This document shows, in pieces, positions 55,439-64,000 of a stretch of DNA of 64,000 nucleotides (the stretch's first letter is position 1; each line of letters opens with the position of its first letter). Location of the stretch: the NCBI GenBank assembly GCA_965200875.1, contig OZ241456.1, positions 1,241,159 to 1,305,158 on the forward strand, read 5' to 3'. The position numbers and the translations under genes are program-made. This DNA comes from Bdellovibrionales bacterium. Its GTDB lineage: Bacteria; Bdellovibrionota; Bdellovibrionia; Bdellovibrionales; UBA1609. The notes beneath the pieces are model-generated. The model was not told where the DNA came from. It worked only from the letters and a program-made list of their open reading frames with translations, and made no database searches.

Positions 55439-57436
55439 ATGCGTTTGTATCTGCCAGATTCCCTTCCTATAGATTTACCGGAACAAACAACCGTCTTTGA
55501 GCTGGCAAAAAAACTCAAAAAAGATTCTTCGGTTGTTGGTGCTTTTATTAATAAAAGCCGTCAAATCTCTGATCTGAGAACTCTCCTAGAAAACGGAGAT
55601 CATGTAAAGCTGGTTCTTCTTCCTTCTGCGGAATCTTTGGAAGTAATTCGACACTCCTCTGCTCATGTGATGGCTCAGGCAGTTCAGGAACTTTGGCCAG
55701 ATGTTAAAGTCACTATCGGCCCTGTTATTGAAAACGGATTTTACTATGATTTTGATTCTCCCCGGCCTTTTCATCCTGAAGATCTGGAAACTGTAGAAAA
55801 TAAAATGAAAGAAATTATAACGCGCGATTTAACAGTTATAAAAGAGGTGTGGCCGAAAGAAAAAGCCATTTCCGTTTTTAAGAAAATGAAAGAAACTTAT
55901 AAAGTGGAAATCATAGAAGAACTAAATGAACAGGAAGTCAGTGTTTATCGGCAAGGAGAGTGGTTCGACTTATGTATAGGTCCTCATGTCAGAAAATTAT
56001 CTCAAATCGGAGCAATTAAAATTTTACATCAATCTGGTGCTTACTGGAGAGGTGATGAAGAAAACACTAGGCTGGTGCGAATTTATGGAACAGCTTTTCA
56101 TACGGAAAAGGAAATAAAACAGTATCTCAAAAACTTGGAGGAATCCGCTAAAAGGGATCATCGAAAACTGGGAAAAGAAATGAGTCTTTTTTACTTTTCA
56201 GATCTTTCCGCCGGCAGTCCTTTTTTTACAGGAGCTGGAACTTGTATTTATAATGAATTACAGAGGTTTTTGCGGGAAATATATGTGCAATACGGCTATG
56301 AGGAAGTTATTACGCCTCAGGTTTTCAACTCTTCGCTTTTTCATCAGTCTGGCCACACTCAACATTTCCTGTATAATATGTATCCTGTTTTACAAAAATC
56401 AACACATACGGAACAAAGTATGGCTCATTTACTCAAGAACAAAAAAGCCAATGTGGAACAAAAAAAGCTTCATAGTTCAAATCTTTCTTTTCTCAAACCA
56501 ATGAACTGTCCGGGGCATTGCGTGTTATATTCCTTTCAAAAGCGATCCTACAGGGAACTGCCTTGGCGGGTGGCAGATTTTGGACGCCTGCACCGAAAAG
56601 AAAAAAAAGGGGTTTTGCATGGTCTTACCCGTGTCAGCAGTATGTGTCAGGATGATGCTCATGTATTTTGCTCCCCGGAGCAGTTACAACAGGAAATAGA
56701 GAGTATTTTAAAAATGTTTCAGGAGGTATATGGCCAGCTGGGTTTAAGTGAATATAAAGTTGCTTTATCCACCCGCCCAGCGGATTCTATGGGAGAAGAC
56801 GCAATTTGGAACAAAGCAGAAGATGTTTTGTCTTACACTCTGAAAAAATCAAAGATTCCGTTTGAAATTCACGCTGGAGAAGGAGCTTTTTACGGACCAA
56901 AGTTAGATTTGCTTTTTGTGGACGCAATGAAAAGATCCTGGCAACTGGGCACTCTTCAATGTGACTTTAACATGCCTCATGCCTTTAATTTGAAATATGT
57001 GGATAATGACAATAAGGAAAAAACCCCTATTTTGTTACATAGGGCCATTTTAGGTTCTTTGGAGAGGTTTATAGGTGTGTATCTGGAGCATAGAGGAGGT
57101 CATTTGCCTTTGTGGCTTTCGCCGGTACAGGTGTTATTTATCAATATTTCAAAAGATCAGGAAAAGTATGTTAAAGAATGTGCCGATAAGATGAAGGGAA
57201 AGGGAGTTCGAGTGGAAACAGATTTAAGAGGAGAAAAACTGGGCTATAAGATAAGAACAGCTCGCCTGCGTCGCATTCCCTGTATGGCTGTAGTGGGAGA
57301 ACGGGAAACTCAGGTTCAGTCTGTAGCGGTGCGTTTGCAGGACAAAAAAACTTTTTTGATAAAAACAGATATTTTTATAGAAAAAATACTAAAAATCATT
57401 CAAAAAAGGAAGTTAGATATATCTACTAGTTTTTGA
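55439..57436 (+). CDS. thrS: threonyl-tRNA synthetase
   Basis: TGS domain, HSSAHVMAQAV, and class II motifs (RVADFGRLHRKE, HRAILGSLERF). I prefer the ATG at 55439 (MRLYLPD). Confidence 0.9.
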   Translation: MRLYLPDSLPIDLPEQTTVFELAKKLKKDSSVVGAFINKSRQISDLRTLLENGDHVKLVLLPSAESLEVIRHSSAHVMAQAVQELWPDVKVTIGPVIENGFYYDFDSPRPFHPEDLETVENKMKEIITRDLTVIKEVWPKEKAISVFKKMKETYKVEIIEELNEQEVSVYRQGEWFDLCIGPHVRKLSQIGAIKILHQSGAYWRGDEENTRLVRIYGTAFHTEKEIKQYLKNLEESAKRDHRKLGKEMSLFYFSDLSAGSPFFTGAGTCIYNELQRFLREIYVQYGYEEVITPQVFNSSLFHQSGHTQHFLYNMYPVLQKSTHTEQSMAHLLKNKKANVEQKKLHSSNLSFLKPMNCPGHCVLYSFQKRSYRELPWRVADFGRLHRKEKKGVLHGLTRVSSMCQDDAHVFCSPEQLQQEIESILKMFQEVYGQLGLSEYKVALSTRPADSMGEDAIWNKAEDVLSYTLKKSKIPFEIHAGEGAFYGPKLDLLFVDAMKRSWQLGTLQCDFNMPHAFNLKYVDNDNKEKTPILLHRAILGSLERFIGVYLEHRGGHLPLWLSPVQVLFINISKDQEKYVKECADKMKGKGVRVETDLRGEKLGYKIRTARLRRIPCMAVVGERETQVQSVAVRLQDKKTFLIKTDIFIEKILKIIQKRKLDISTSF

Positions 57437-57481
57437 GTTTTATAATTTTATCAAGTAAAAAACCTAAAAAGGAGGTGTTTT

Positions 57482-58201
57482 ATTCGTAAGTTCAGAAAAA
57501 AATTCAAGGGTACAGTCAAAAAGGAAGAGAAGTTCAGAATAAATGAAAAGATTATTGCGGAACAAGTGCGTGTGATAAATGAAGATGGTGATATGATGGG
57601 TGTGTTACCGCCCTCTCAAGCTGTGACTATGGCTCTGGAAAAAGGTTTGGATTTAGTGGAGATTGCCCCTAAGGCTAATCCACCTACCTGTAAAATAATG
57701 GATTATGGAAAATGGAAATTCAAGCTCAGTAAAAAAGAAAAGCTATCCCGGAAAAATCAAATTAAAATTATTATTAAGGAAATTCAATTACGCCCGCGCA
57801 CGGATGTACATGACCTAGAAATCAAAATGAGAAAAGCAAAAGAGTTTCTTAAGGATGGTTGTAAAGTGAAAATACATTTACGCTATTCCGGGCGGGAGAT
57901 GGCTCATAAGGAGTTGGGTTTAAAAATGTTAGACAAAGTAAAATACGCTTTACTTCCTTATGCCATGCTGGAAAAGGACACTCCTCAAATAGAAAAAAGA
58001 TCTGTTTTTTTGTTTTTTGCTCCTGATCCTGCAAAGCTTAAAGAATGGCAAAAAAAGAAAAAAGCAGGGACTGACACAATAGAAAGTAAAGAAGAAGACA
58101 CAATAGAAAGTAAAGAAAGTGAACCTTCAAAAGGAGGCAGTCAGAACGAGCAAGAAAAATTTTCTGCGAAGTCCGCCTCTCCGCCGTTCAGAGAAGGGTA
58201 G
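57482..58201 (+). CDS. infC: translation initiation factor IF-3, AUU start codon
   Basis: AAGGAGG followed by 6 nt and an ATT at 57482. The frame reads IRKFRKKFKGTVKKEEKFRINEKIIAEQVRVINEDGDMMGV, the canonical IF3 N-terminus, upstream of the track's GTG at 57566. Confidence 0.8.
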   Translation: MRKFRKKFKGTVKKEEKFRINEKIIAEQVRVINEDGDMMGVLPPSQAVTMALEKGLDLVEIAPKANPPTCKIMDYGKWKFKLSKKEKLSRKNQIKIIIKEIQLRPRTDVHDLEIKMRKAKEFLKDGCKVKIHLRYSGREMAHKELGLKMLDKVKYALLPYAMLEKDTPQIEKRSVFLFFAPDPAKLKEWQKKKKAGTDTIESKEEDTIESKESEPSKGGSQNEQEKFSAKSASPPFREG

Positions 58202-58353
58202 TAACTTGGTCCTGAATAAGTCTTTTTAGGGATTGCCCTATTGTGATGAATGATATTGTCTTAATGCTTTATCTTCAAAAGTGAATTATCTATCAATACA
58301 TTTACTTCCATTTTGAGTACCCTCAGAATTAATAAAATACCACCATTTTTTCT

Positions 58354-58633
58354 CGGCAGGACAGTCACATCGACCGGTTGTTTCATTCCATGTTGCATCT
58401 TGTGGACACCATATACATTTGTTAAGTGTATGACTGTAATTTCTCTGGAAGGTTTGCCCTCCTGGGAATTGAATAGGACCACAAGCATCAATACATTGAC
58501 TTCCATCTTGAATGCCAGAATCAGAATCAATAGTATACCACCATCTTTTTCCGGCAGGACAGTCACATCGACCGGTTGTTTCATTCCATGTTGCATCTTG
58601 TGGACACCATATACATTTGTTAAGTGTATGACT
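58354..58633 (-). repeat. 198-bp (66-aa) tandem duplication inside the Cys-rich gene
   Basis: 58354-58435 and 58552-58633 are 82 bp of identical sequence (cggcaggacagtcacatcgaccggttgtttcattccatgttgcatcttgtggacaccatatacatttgttaagtgtatgact). A diverged third copy lies near 59525-59590. Confidence 0.85.
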
Positions 58634-59487
58634 TAACTTTCTATGGCGTAGTTGCCCTCCTTGAAATCTAACAGAACCACAAAGGCACTTTATGGTTAAT
58701 CTTTCGTTTTTTACAAAAACTTGCATAATACCACCTTGGATTTGCTGTTCTCCTGGGATATCACAAGGACATTTTGACCCATCCCAAGGTACGCCAGCAG
58801 GGCATGCGCCACAGTAACCTTCCCGACTTCTCGTGTTCCGATTAAAAATAGCATGGAAAGAAGGAAATGCTGGGTTGTTGCATACACATCTATGGTTACC
58901 ATTATCTGTGTATTCAAAGGTTACATCTCGACTAGAGCAGTGTACACATTCCAAGTATCTATTACTAAAATACTGTCCCCTAGGACATCGGTGACATTTG
59001 TTATCGTAATAATGTTGCCCTTCAGGGCATCGGTTACATTCCCTAGAACCCAAATGCCAATGTGGTTTTGCAGTGGGGCATTGACATTTTTGTATTGTGG
59101 TAGACCATTCTTTCCCACCAGGGCATCTTTGACATTTATCTTCGTAAAAATATATGTTAGGACTACGGCATGTAATACATTGTTCTCTTGTAGTAGACCA
59201 ATATTGATCACCACGGCATCTTCGACAAATGCCGTTAAAAAAATGTATGTTAGGATGAGAACATGTAATACATTGTTGTCTTTGGACAGAATAATGTTGC
59301 CCACTTTGGCATGGAGGATATATACATTCGTTCCTTATATGATCAAATGTTTTATCTGAATCCAGACATGTACATTTATTGACAGACCAAGTCCATTTTG
59401 ACCCACCACCGCATGTTGTACATTGATTATTATGCCAAATGGGGTTTGAGGGTGATAAACATTCACATCTCCCTTTAATTTCTCCCT

Positions 59488-59495
59488 CCCCCCCC
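59488..59495 (-). repeat. G8 homopolymer (coding strand) inside the Cys-rich ORF
   Basis: The + strand reads cccccccc. The coding strand reads tgg ccg ggg ggg gag, currently in frame. Confidence 0.9.
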
Positions 59496-60809
59496 GGCCA
59501 GTTCCAAGCTCTACCCCCAGTGCAATCACATCGACCGGTTGTTTCATTCCATGTTCCGTCAATGCATGGTACACAAGCCCCACTGAAAAAATATTTTCTA
59601 GGAGGACAATCGCACTTATTGACTCTGTCAGGTTCATAAATCCATATATATTTTGAATCATCACATACACATTTACCATTACTCCAATGTGACCTTGAAT
59701 AACCGCTAGTGGGGCATGTGATACATCTGCAACCCCGTTTTTAATATAAAGGTGATGATTACTGGGGCAATCACATCCTGGTCCACCTTCTAAATCGGGA
59801 TTCCATATAAAACTTGTCGGACACCTCTGACATACACCTTGCTTGTATATTGGTTTGTCGTCTGGGCATACACAGAGTGGTGGGTTTGTGTTTGTTAAAA
59901 TGCTACCTCCTGTACACATAATCTGACACACAGTTGTTCCGTCTGTTTTTCTTACAGGATATTGCCCTTCAGGGCATGTTTTAGATACTTCTATTGCATC
60001 AGGTTTTATCCTGGACTCACTTGTCTTGAATCCGGTAAAAGCTTTAATGGTTTGTGTGGTATCAGGATTGAGCTGTCTCATTTCATCAGAATTAAAAATA
60101 TTGGCTGGTATAGTGTCACAAGGTGTTATGCCTGTTTTGATTTCGTTAGGGTCACAAGAGCTTATTTTAGGTTCTGGTTTTTTCGGGAAACAATTTGCTG
60201 GTGCACATGAGGTTATTATATTGCTTGGATCATCATCATTACTACAATCTGTATTAGAGTTACGATCAGCTTTACTGCATGTATAGTTTATTTCACAGGA
60301 AACATGGTAACAGCCTCTTTTGTCTCCTTTTTTATTGCTATTCTCGTCATCAGGTTCGCATTTATAAGGTTGATTATTATCATGCTTCCCTTGCCTTATC
60401 TCATTAGCACCTAAAGCAGGCTTTTTGTAATATACATAAAGAGTCTTTTTTTTTGGAAAAGGTGGGGCATTAGTGGGAAGGACATCTATATCAATAATAT
60501 TAATAAAACCCTCGTTCTTAAAATTTCCAACATTCAGAACAGATATTCTTTCCTCCGGTTTTCCAGTTAAATACTGCCTGCAATAATCGTCATTATTTAA
60601 AATATTTATTAATGTTTTTCCTAAGGCTTTTTCTGAAGAGGCCACACTTTCAACATTGGTACTATTTATTGACCTTGTGTTTAGCTTATAATTCCCCATA
60701 GCAATAGTAAGGCCAACAAGAGAAAAGCCCAGTACGCCAAGAAGGCCACCACCAACAAAACCAGTTTTACTTTTTATCCTCATGCGAAATAGCCTATTTG
60801 TTTTAACTA

Positions 60810-60934
60810 CTCACCCGTGAAAAACCCATAGTGCTTTAATTATCACACTCTTTTTTCAAGTACTTTCCCAAGGGATGTCATTCCCGTGAAAACGGGAATC
60901 CAGGAAAATAACATACTTTTTCACGGACCACTAA
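60810..60934. mobile_element. MITE-like element copy F (reference full-length, 125 bp)
   Basis: ctcacccgtgaaaaaccc...gtcattcccgtgaaaacgggaatccaggaaaataacatactttttcacggaccactaa. It lies between two genes of the pilin operon. Confidence 0.8.
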
Positions 60935-60945
60935 CTACTTTTTTA

Positions 60946-61908
60946 CTAAGGAGAAGTACAATTCCCGTTATTATCTAAAGTCATACTTGAAGGACAATGA
61001 CATTTTTCCTCTCCATTTATTACTTTGAGTCTTTGTCCACCATGACAAATTGTTTTACATTCCATTTCACCAGTGACAGTGTTTAATACTTTATGTTGGC
61101 TTGTGCTTGGACATGCCACTAATTTACAGTCCATTTCTATTACATGTTTTCCGTTGGCACTGGTCATTTCAGTTTCCGGGTTTATGCCAATCGCGACCTG
61201 TCCAGCTGGGCATGCTCTCTTTAAGCATATAGGTTCTAGTTTGTTTTGGTTGTTCGGTTTCGTCCCTATTAAGGTCTCCTCTGCACCACATCCAACACAA
61301 TTATCAGGCCCAGCTAAAAATTTCCCAGGCGGACAAGTGGGAGTTAAAACATTGCTTGCACTATCATCCAATACACAATCCAAAGGATTGCATATATCAT
61401 CGTTCTCAGGTGGATTATCAAGATTCTCAGCATGAATGTTACAGGTAATATGATAACAACCTTTTTTATCTGTTTTTGTGCAGGCATTTCCCAGCTTTGT
61501 CTGCATGTTTCTTAAAGCTGTGGCTTTATCACTATATTTGTAATATAAATTGAATTTATGTATATTATTTTGACTTGATACAGTTATATCCACAGTCTCA
61601 ATAAAGCCTTTAAATATACTTTCACTTTTGTTAGACCTATTAAAAATATAGGGCATCTTATTAATCTTTGCAGGATTATTTTGATCATAGTAGGCTGGTT
61701 CTGTGTTAGGAAAAAAATTTTTGCAATTATTATTAAAAATATGATAGACGCTGTTTTTAAATTTTCTAGTTATCTGCTGTGTTTCTATTACATTAGAAGT
61801 TACATAAGATTTTTCTATAGCTTTTGAAAGGCCGGCAACAGCAACACTACTCAAACTGACCACCAACAACAGCTCAACAATACTCATTCCTTTATTATTT
61901 ATTTTCAT
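60946..61908 (-). CDS. minor pilin-like protein with a Cys-rich C-terminal region
   Basis: MKINNKG|MSIVELLLVVSL (Glu +5). The core KKGCYHITCNI is shared with the downstream gene (KRGCYHVSCEI). Many CP/CxxC motifs. The start lies 2 nt after the upstream stop. Confidence 0.7.
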   Translation of the reverse strand: MKINNKGMSIVELLLVVSLSSVAVAGLSKAIEKSYVTSNVIETQQITRKFKNSVYHIFNNNCKNFFPNTEPAYYDQNNPAKINKMPYIFNRSNKSESIFKGFIETVDITVSSQNNIHKFNLYYKYSDKATALRNMQTKLGNACTKTDKKGCYHITCNIHAENLDNPPENDDICNPLDCVLDDSASNVLTPTCPPGKFLAGPDNCVGCGAEETLIGTKPNNQNKLEPICLKRACPAGQVAIGINPETEMTSANGKHVIEMDCKLVACPSTSQHKVLNTVTGEMECKTICHGGQRLKVINGEEKCHCPSSMTLDNNGNCTSP

Positions 61909-61910
61909 AT

Positions 61911-62534
61911 TTATTTCCAATGGTCGCATTTTGCTAGATTCTGCCCTATCTGGAGAGGCGCACCACCTCTACATATATTTGATTGTGTTACATCTACATA
62001 ATCAGCTAGATCACTACCTTTTTTGTTACACCATATATCGTATGGGTGAGGTTGACTCCACTGAACACGGGTAATAATTTGAAGTTTTTTTCCTGAAACT
62101 TCTTGCTGTATGCTTAAACAATAATATTGGTGTTTTGCAGGATCATTTTTGTTATTACTGCGGGTTTGAGTAATACAAGTCGCATCTGCCGGACAGGTAA
62201 AACCCAGCTTTTTTTTTAAATCCTTTTTTAAGGCTTCTTGTGTTGTGCCTGTTGCTTCGCAAGGTTTTTTTAAATATCGTGTTGAATCAGATGATATATC
62301 TGCATTAGTGGGAACAGTGCCGTCTGTTTTCAATAGTGTAATCTCCCAACCTCCATTTATGGAAATACAGTTTTTAACAGAACTAGCAAAAAGCTTGGCG
62401 TGGGTTTTAAAGTCGTTTTTACTGGCTCTAAGTGTCTGGTCTCTATAGGAAACATAAGCGACACCGCTTATTATAGAAAGAATGCCTATTGTTACCAGAA
62501 TCTCAACAAGCGTATAGCCTGCATTTGCTTTCAT
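61911..62534 (-). CDS. type IV pilin-like protein, paralogue of 34637-35209
   Basis: MKANAG|YTLVEILVTIGILSII and the C-terminal YYCLSIQQEVSGKKLQII. I prefer the ATG at 62534 to the track start at 62651. Confidence 0.75.
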   Translation of the reverse strand: MKANAGYTLVEILVTIGILSIISGVAYVSYRDQTLRASKNDFKTHAKLFASSVKNCISINGGWEITLLKTDGTVPTNADISSDSTRYLKKPCEATGTTQEALKKDLKKKLGFTCPADATCITQTRSNNKNDPAKHQYYCLSIQQEVSGKKLQIITRVQWSQPHPYDIWCNKKGSDLADYVDVTQSNICRGGAPLQIGQNLAKCDHWK

Positions 62535-62727
62535 ACTATTGCCCCTGAAAACAAAGGGGACACCTACAACATGCGGGGCAGATTGCGAAGCGGATTCAAC
62601 AGAGAAGAACATCTGATTTAATCTGAGTAATCGTGTAAGGTATTTGAACAATCCTGCTATTTTTGCAAAAGCAAAAAACTGCTTAAAATCTGAGAATATC
62701 TGGATCAGCTTATAACGCAGTGCATGA

Positions 62728-62738
62728 GGGGGGGGGGG
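62728..62738. repeat. G11 homopolymer (C11 on the pilin-operon strand) in the upstream region of the pilin operon
   Basis: tgcatgaGGGGGGGGGGGtagaggggg, 194 bp upstream of the ATG at 62534. Confidence 0.9.
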
Positions 62739-62897
62739 TAGAGGGGGTTTTTCTTTGGATTTCTTTCACATTTACTTCCTTATTAAAATTTATGAAAGTT
62801 AATCGGCCTTTATCGTAAAAAACTTTAATTTTTTTTTAATATTCTAATACTCTGTAAAAGGAGATTAGTTGGGCATGAAAAAGGTGTTAACGCACTG

Positions 62898-62968
62898 TTA
62901 TTACTTGATTTTTTTATAATTTTGTTTGAAAATAATTGCAAGATTTTACAACAAAGCCCTTTGTTATG
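62898..62968 (+). repeat. conserved intergenic element, copy 4
   Basis: ttattacttgatttttttataattttgtttgaaaataattgcaagattttacaacaaagccctttgtt. Confidence 0.7.
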
Positions 62969-63027
62969 ATTCCACTTAAAATCTGAAATTTTTTATTGAT
63001 TGAACTGGCCTGAAAGGCTGACTTTTT

Positions 63028-63066
63028 ACCATGTAAATTTACAGTATACTTTTAAATTTACATGGT
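63028..63066. promoter_or_regulatory. perfect 14-bp inverted repeat (possible operator or hairpin) abutting a TATAAT-like box
   Basis: accatgtaaattta-N11-taaatttacatggt, followed by ttataat. Confidence 0.3.
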
Positions 63067-63287
63067 TATAATATAAGGACTTGCTGGCAAGGTGTACTTA
63101 AGGAGAGGGCTTTTCTCTAAAACAGATGAAACAATGGATAATTAAAAAGTTCACTTTCCTATGTGTGCAAAATGAGAGGTTTTTTCTCCATAGCAGTTTT
63201 TGGTTTTAAACTGATTTGATAACAGCTTTGATAACAAGAAAGTTATACACTTACACTACGACTGTAGCTTATAGAGAGGTATCAAAA

Positions 63288-64000
63288 ATGCGATATATAA
63301 AAAGGTTTTCTTTTGAGAGAATATTGTATCAACTAAAGCGGTATCCCGTGGTGGCTTTGTTAGGTCCGAGACAAGTTGGCAAATCCACTTTGGCAAAGGC
63401 CGTGTTGCGCAAAATCAAAAAAGCGGTTTATTTTGATTTGCAGTCTCCAAGTGATCTTCAGCGAATGGAAGACCCTGTGGCTTTATTTGAACGACACAAA
63501 AACCAGCTTGTGATTATAGACGAAATTCAAAAAGCACCGGAACTGTTTTCCATTTTAAGAAGCCTTATTGACAAAAAGAGAAGAAACGGCCGGATTTTGG
63601 TTTTAGGTTCTGCGAGTCGAGATTTAATAAAGCAAAGCTCAGAAACTTTGGCCGGGAGGATTTGTTATATGGAGATCATGGGTTTTCAAAGAGAAGAAAT
63701 CAAATCTATTTACAACTTTAATACCCATTGGACAAGAGGAGGATTGCCACTTAGTCTTTTAGCCGGAAGTGATGAAGACAGCTTTGATTGGAGAAAAAAC
63801 TATATTCAAACTTTTTTGGAAAGGGACATTCCTTTGTTGGGGTTTGGTTCACTTCCACCCACTCAAATGAGACGGCTATGGAAGATGCTGGCACATTATC
63901 ATGGTCAGATTTTAAATATTTCCACATTAAGTCAGTCTCTGGGACTTTCAACCCCTTCTTTAAAAAAACATATCTCCCAGCTGGAGCAAACATTCATTAT
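63288..64000 (+). CDS. AAA-family ATPase (AAA_14/DUF4143-type), 3' end outside the window
   Basis: Not in the ORF track because there is no stop. MRYIKRFSFERILYQLKRYPVVALLGPRQVGKSTLAK...VIIDEIQKAPELF... Confidence 0.7.
   Translation, partial: MRYIKRFSFERILYQLKRYPVVALLGPRQVGKSTLAKAVLRKIKKAVYFDLQSPSDLQRMEDPVALFERHKNQLVIIDEIQKAPELFSILRSLIDKKRRNGRILVLGSASRDLIKQSSETLAGRICYMEIMGFQREEIKSIYNFNTHWTRGGLPLSLLAGSDEDSFDWRKNYIQTFLERDIPLLGFGSLPPTQMRRLWKMLAHYHGQILNISTLSQSLGLSTPSLKKHISQLEQTFI

Larger units (their letters stand above)
58286..60783 (-). pseudogene. large (~830 aa if repaired) pilin-like N-terminus + Cys-rich repeat surface protein, split by a 1-nt frameshift
   Basis: The N-terminal frame (ATG 60783, MRIKSKTG|FVGGGLLGV) is sensible up to ...CDCPSNHHLYIKN near 59745. 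A second frame is open from 59740 to 58286 and is Cys-rich throughout (GCRCITCPTSGY...CIWCPQDATWNETTGRCDCP...). The shift sits at an A5 run (59738-59742). Confidence 0.7.

Noticed and set aside
58313-59359. Plus-strand ORFs 58313-58636 and 58853-59359, and minus-strand ORFs 58261-58596, 58711-58917 and 58921-59304.
   Set aside because: They are alternative-frame or antisense products of the Cys-rich gene. Only one minus-strand frame gives a continuous Cys-rich repeat protein from 59740 to 58286.
58286-60783. Possibility that the near-identical internal repeats mark a diversity-generating retroelement.
   Set aside because: No reverse transcriptase gene lies nearby. The repeats are in-frame tandem copies within one gene, and the differences are not adenine-specific as far as I can see.

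Overview
This is a visibly AT-rich chromosomal window from a Gram-negative-type bacterium, and I cannot assign a taxon by eye. The housekeeping blocks are guaB (partial) and miaB at 0-3.1 kb, an MscS channel and sucA at 16.1-20.2 kb, and tRNA-Lys(UUU) plus tRNA-Glu(UUC) at 20.36-20.51 kb. They continue with a CPA2 antiporter, a pilin gene and a gspE-to-gspN type II secretion cluster with no gspC or gspD (33.3-46.5 kb). The last block runs grx-purK-purE, fabH-fabD-fabG-acpP-fabF, rpiB-glyA, an M23 peptidase, and thrS-infC with an AUU start (46.5-58.2 kb). Three accessory regions stand out. (1) At 6.4-16 kb there is an Rpn-type nuclease and a family of secreted pentapeptide-repeat proteins shaped by segmental duplications and truncations. 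The same region holds a tightly coupled 5-gene minus-strand operon (11782-15927): a tandem beta-grasp (multi-ubiquitin-like) protein, a Cys-less E2-like protein, a JAB::E1 fusion, an ABC/RecF-like ATPase and a small putative nuclease. This operon is my top candidate for an uncharacterised conflict system. (2) At 20.5-33.3 kb an integrase-less defence island sits next to the tRNAs. It carries an IS3-disrupted methyltransferase/specificity remnant, a RelE/HTH toxin-antitoxin pair, a TIR-like + caspase-like operon, SIR2-HerA, a coiled-coil PD-(D/E)xK protein and an ImmA/IrrE-DUF4411 pair. The modules are separated by copies of a ~125-bp MITE-like element. (3) At 58.3-62.8 kb a pilin operon encodes pilin-like proteins with large Cys-rich (CxxC-type) C-terminal regions. 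It contains a 198-bp tandem repeat, a 1-nt homopolymer frameshift, an internal G8 tract and an upstream G11 tract. A G10 tract also sits in the promoter spacer of a pentapeptide-repeat gene. No CRISPR array, rRNA gene or reverse transcriptase was seen.
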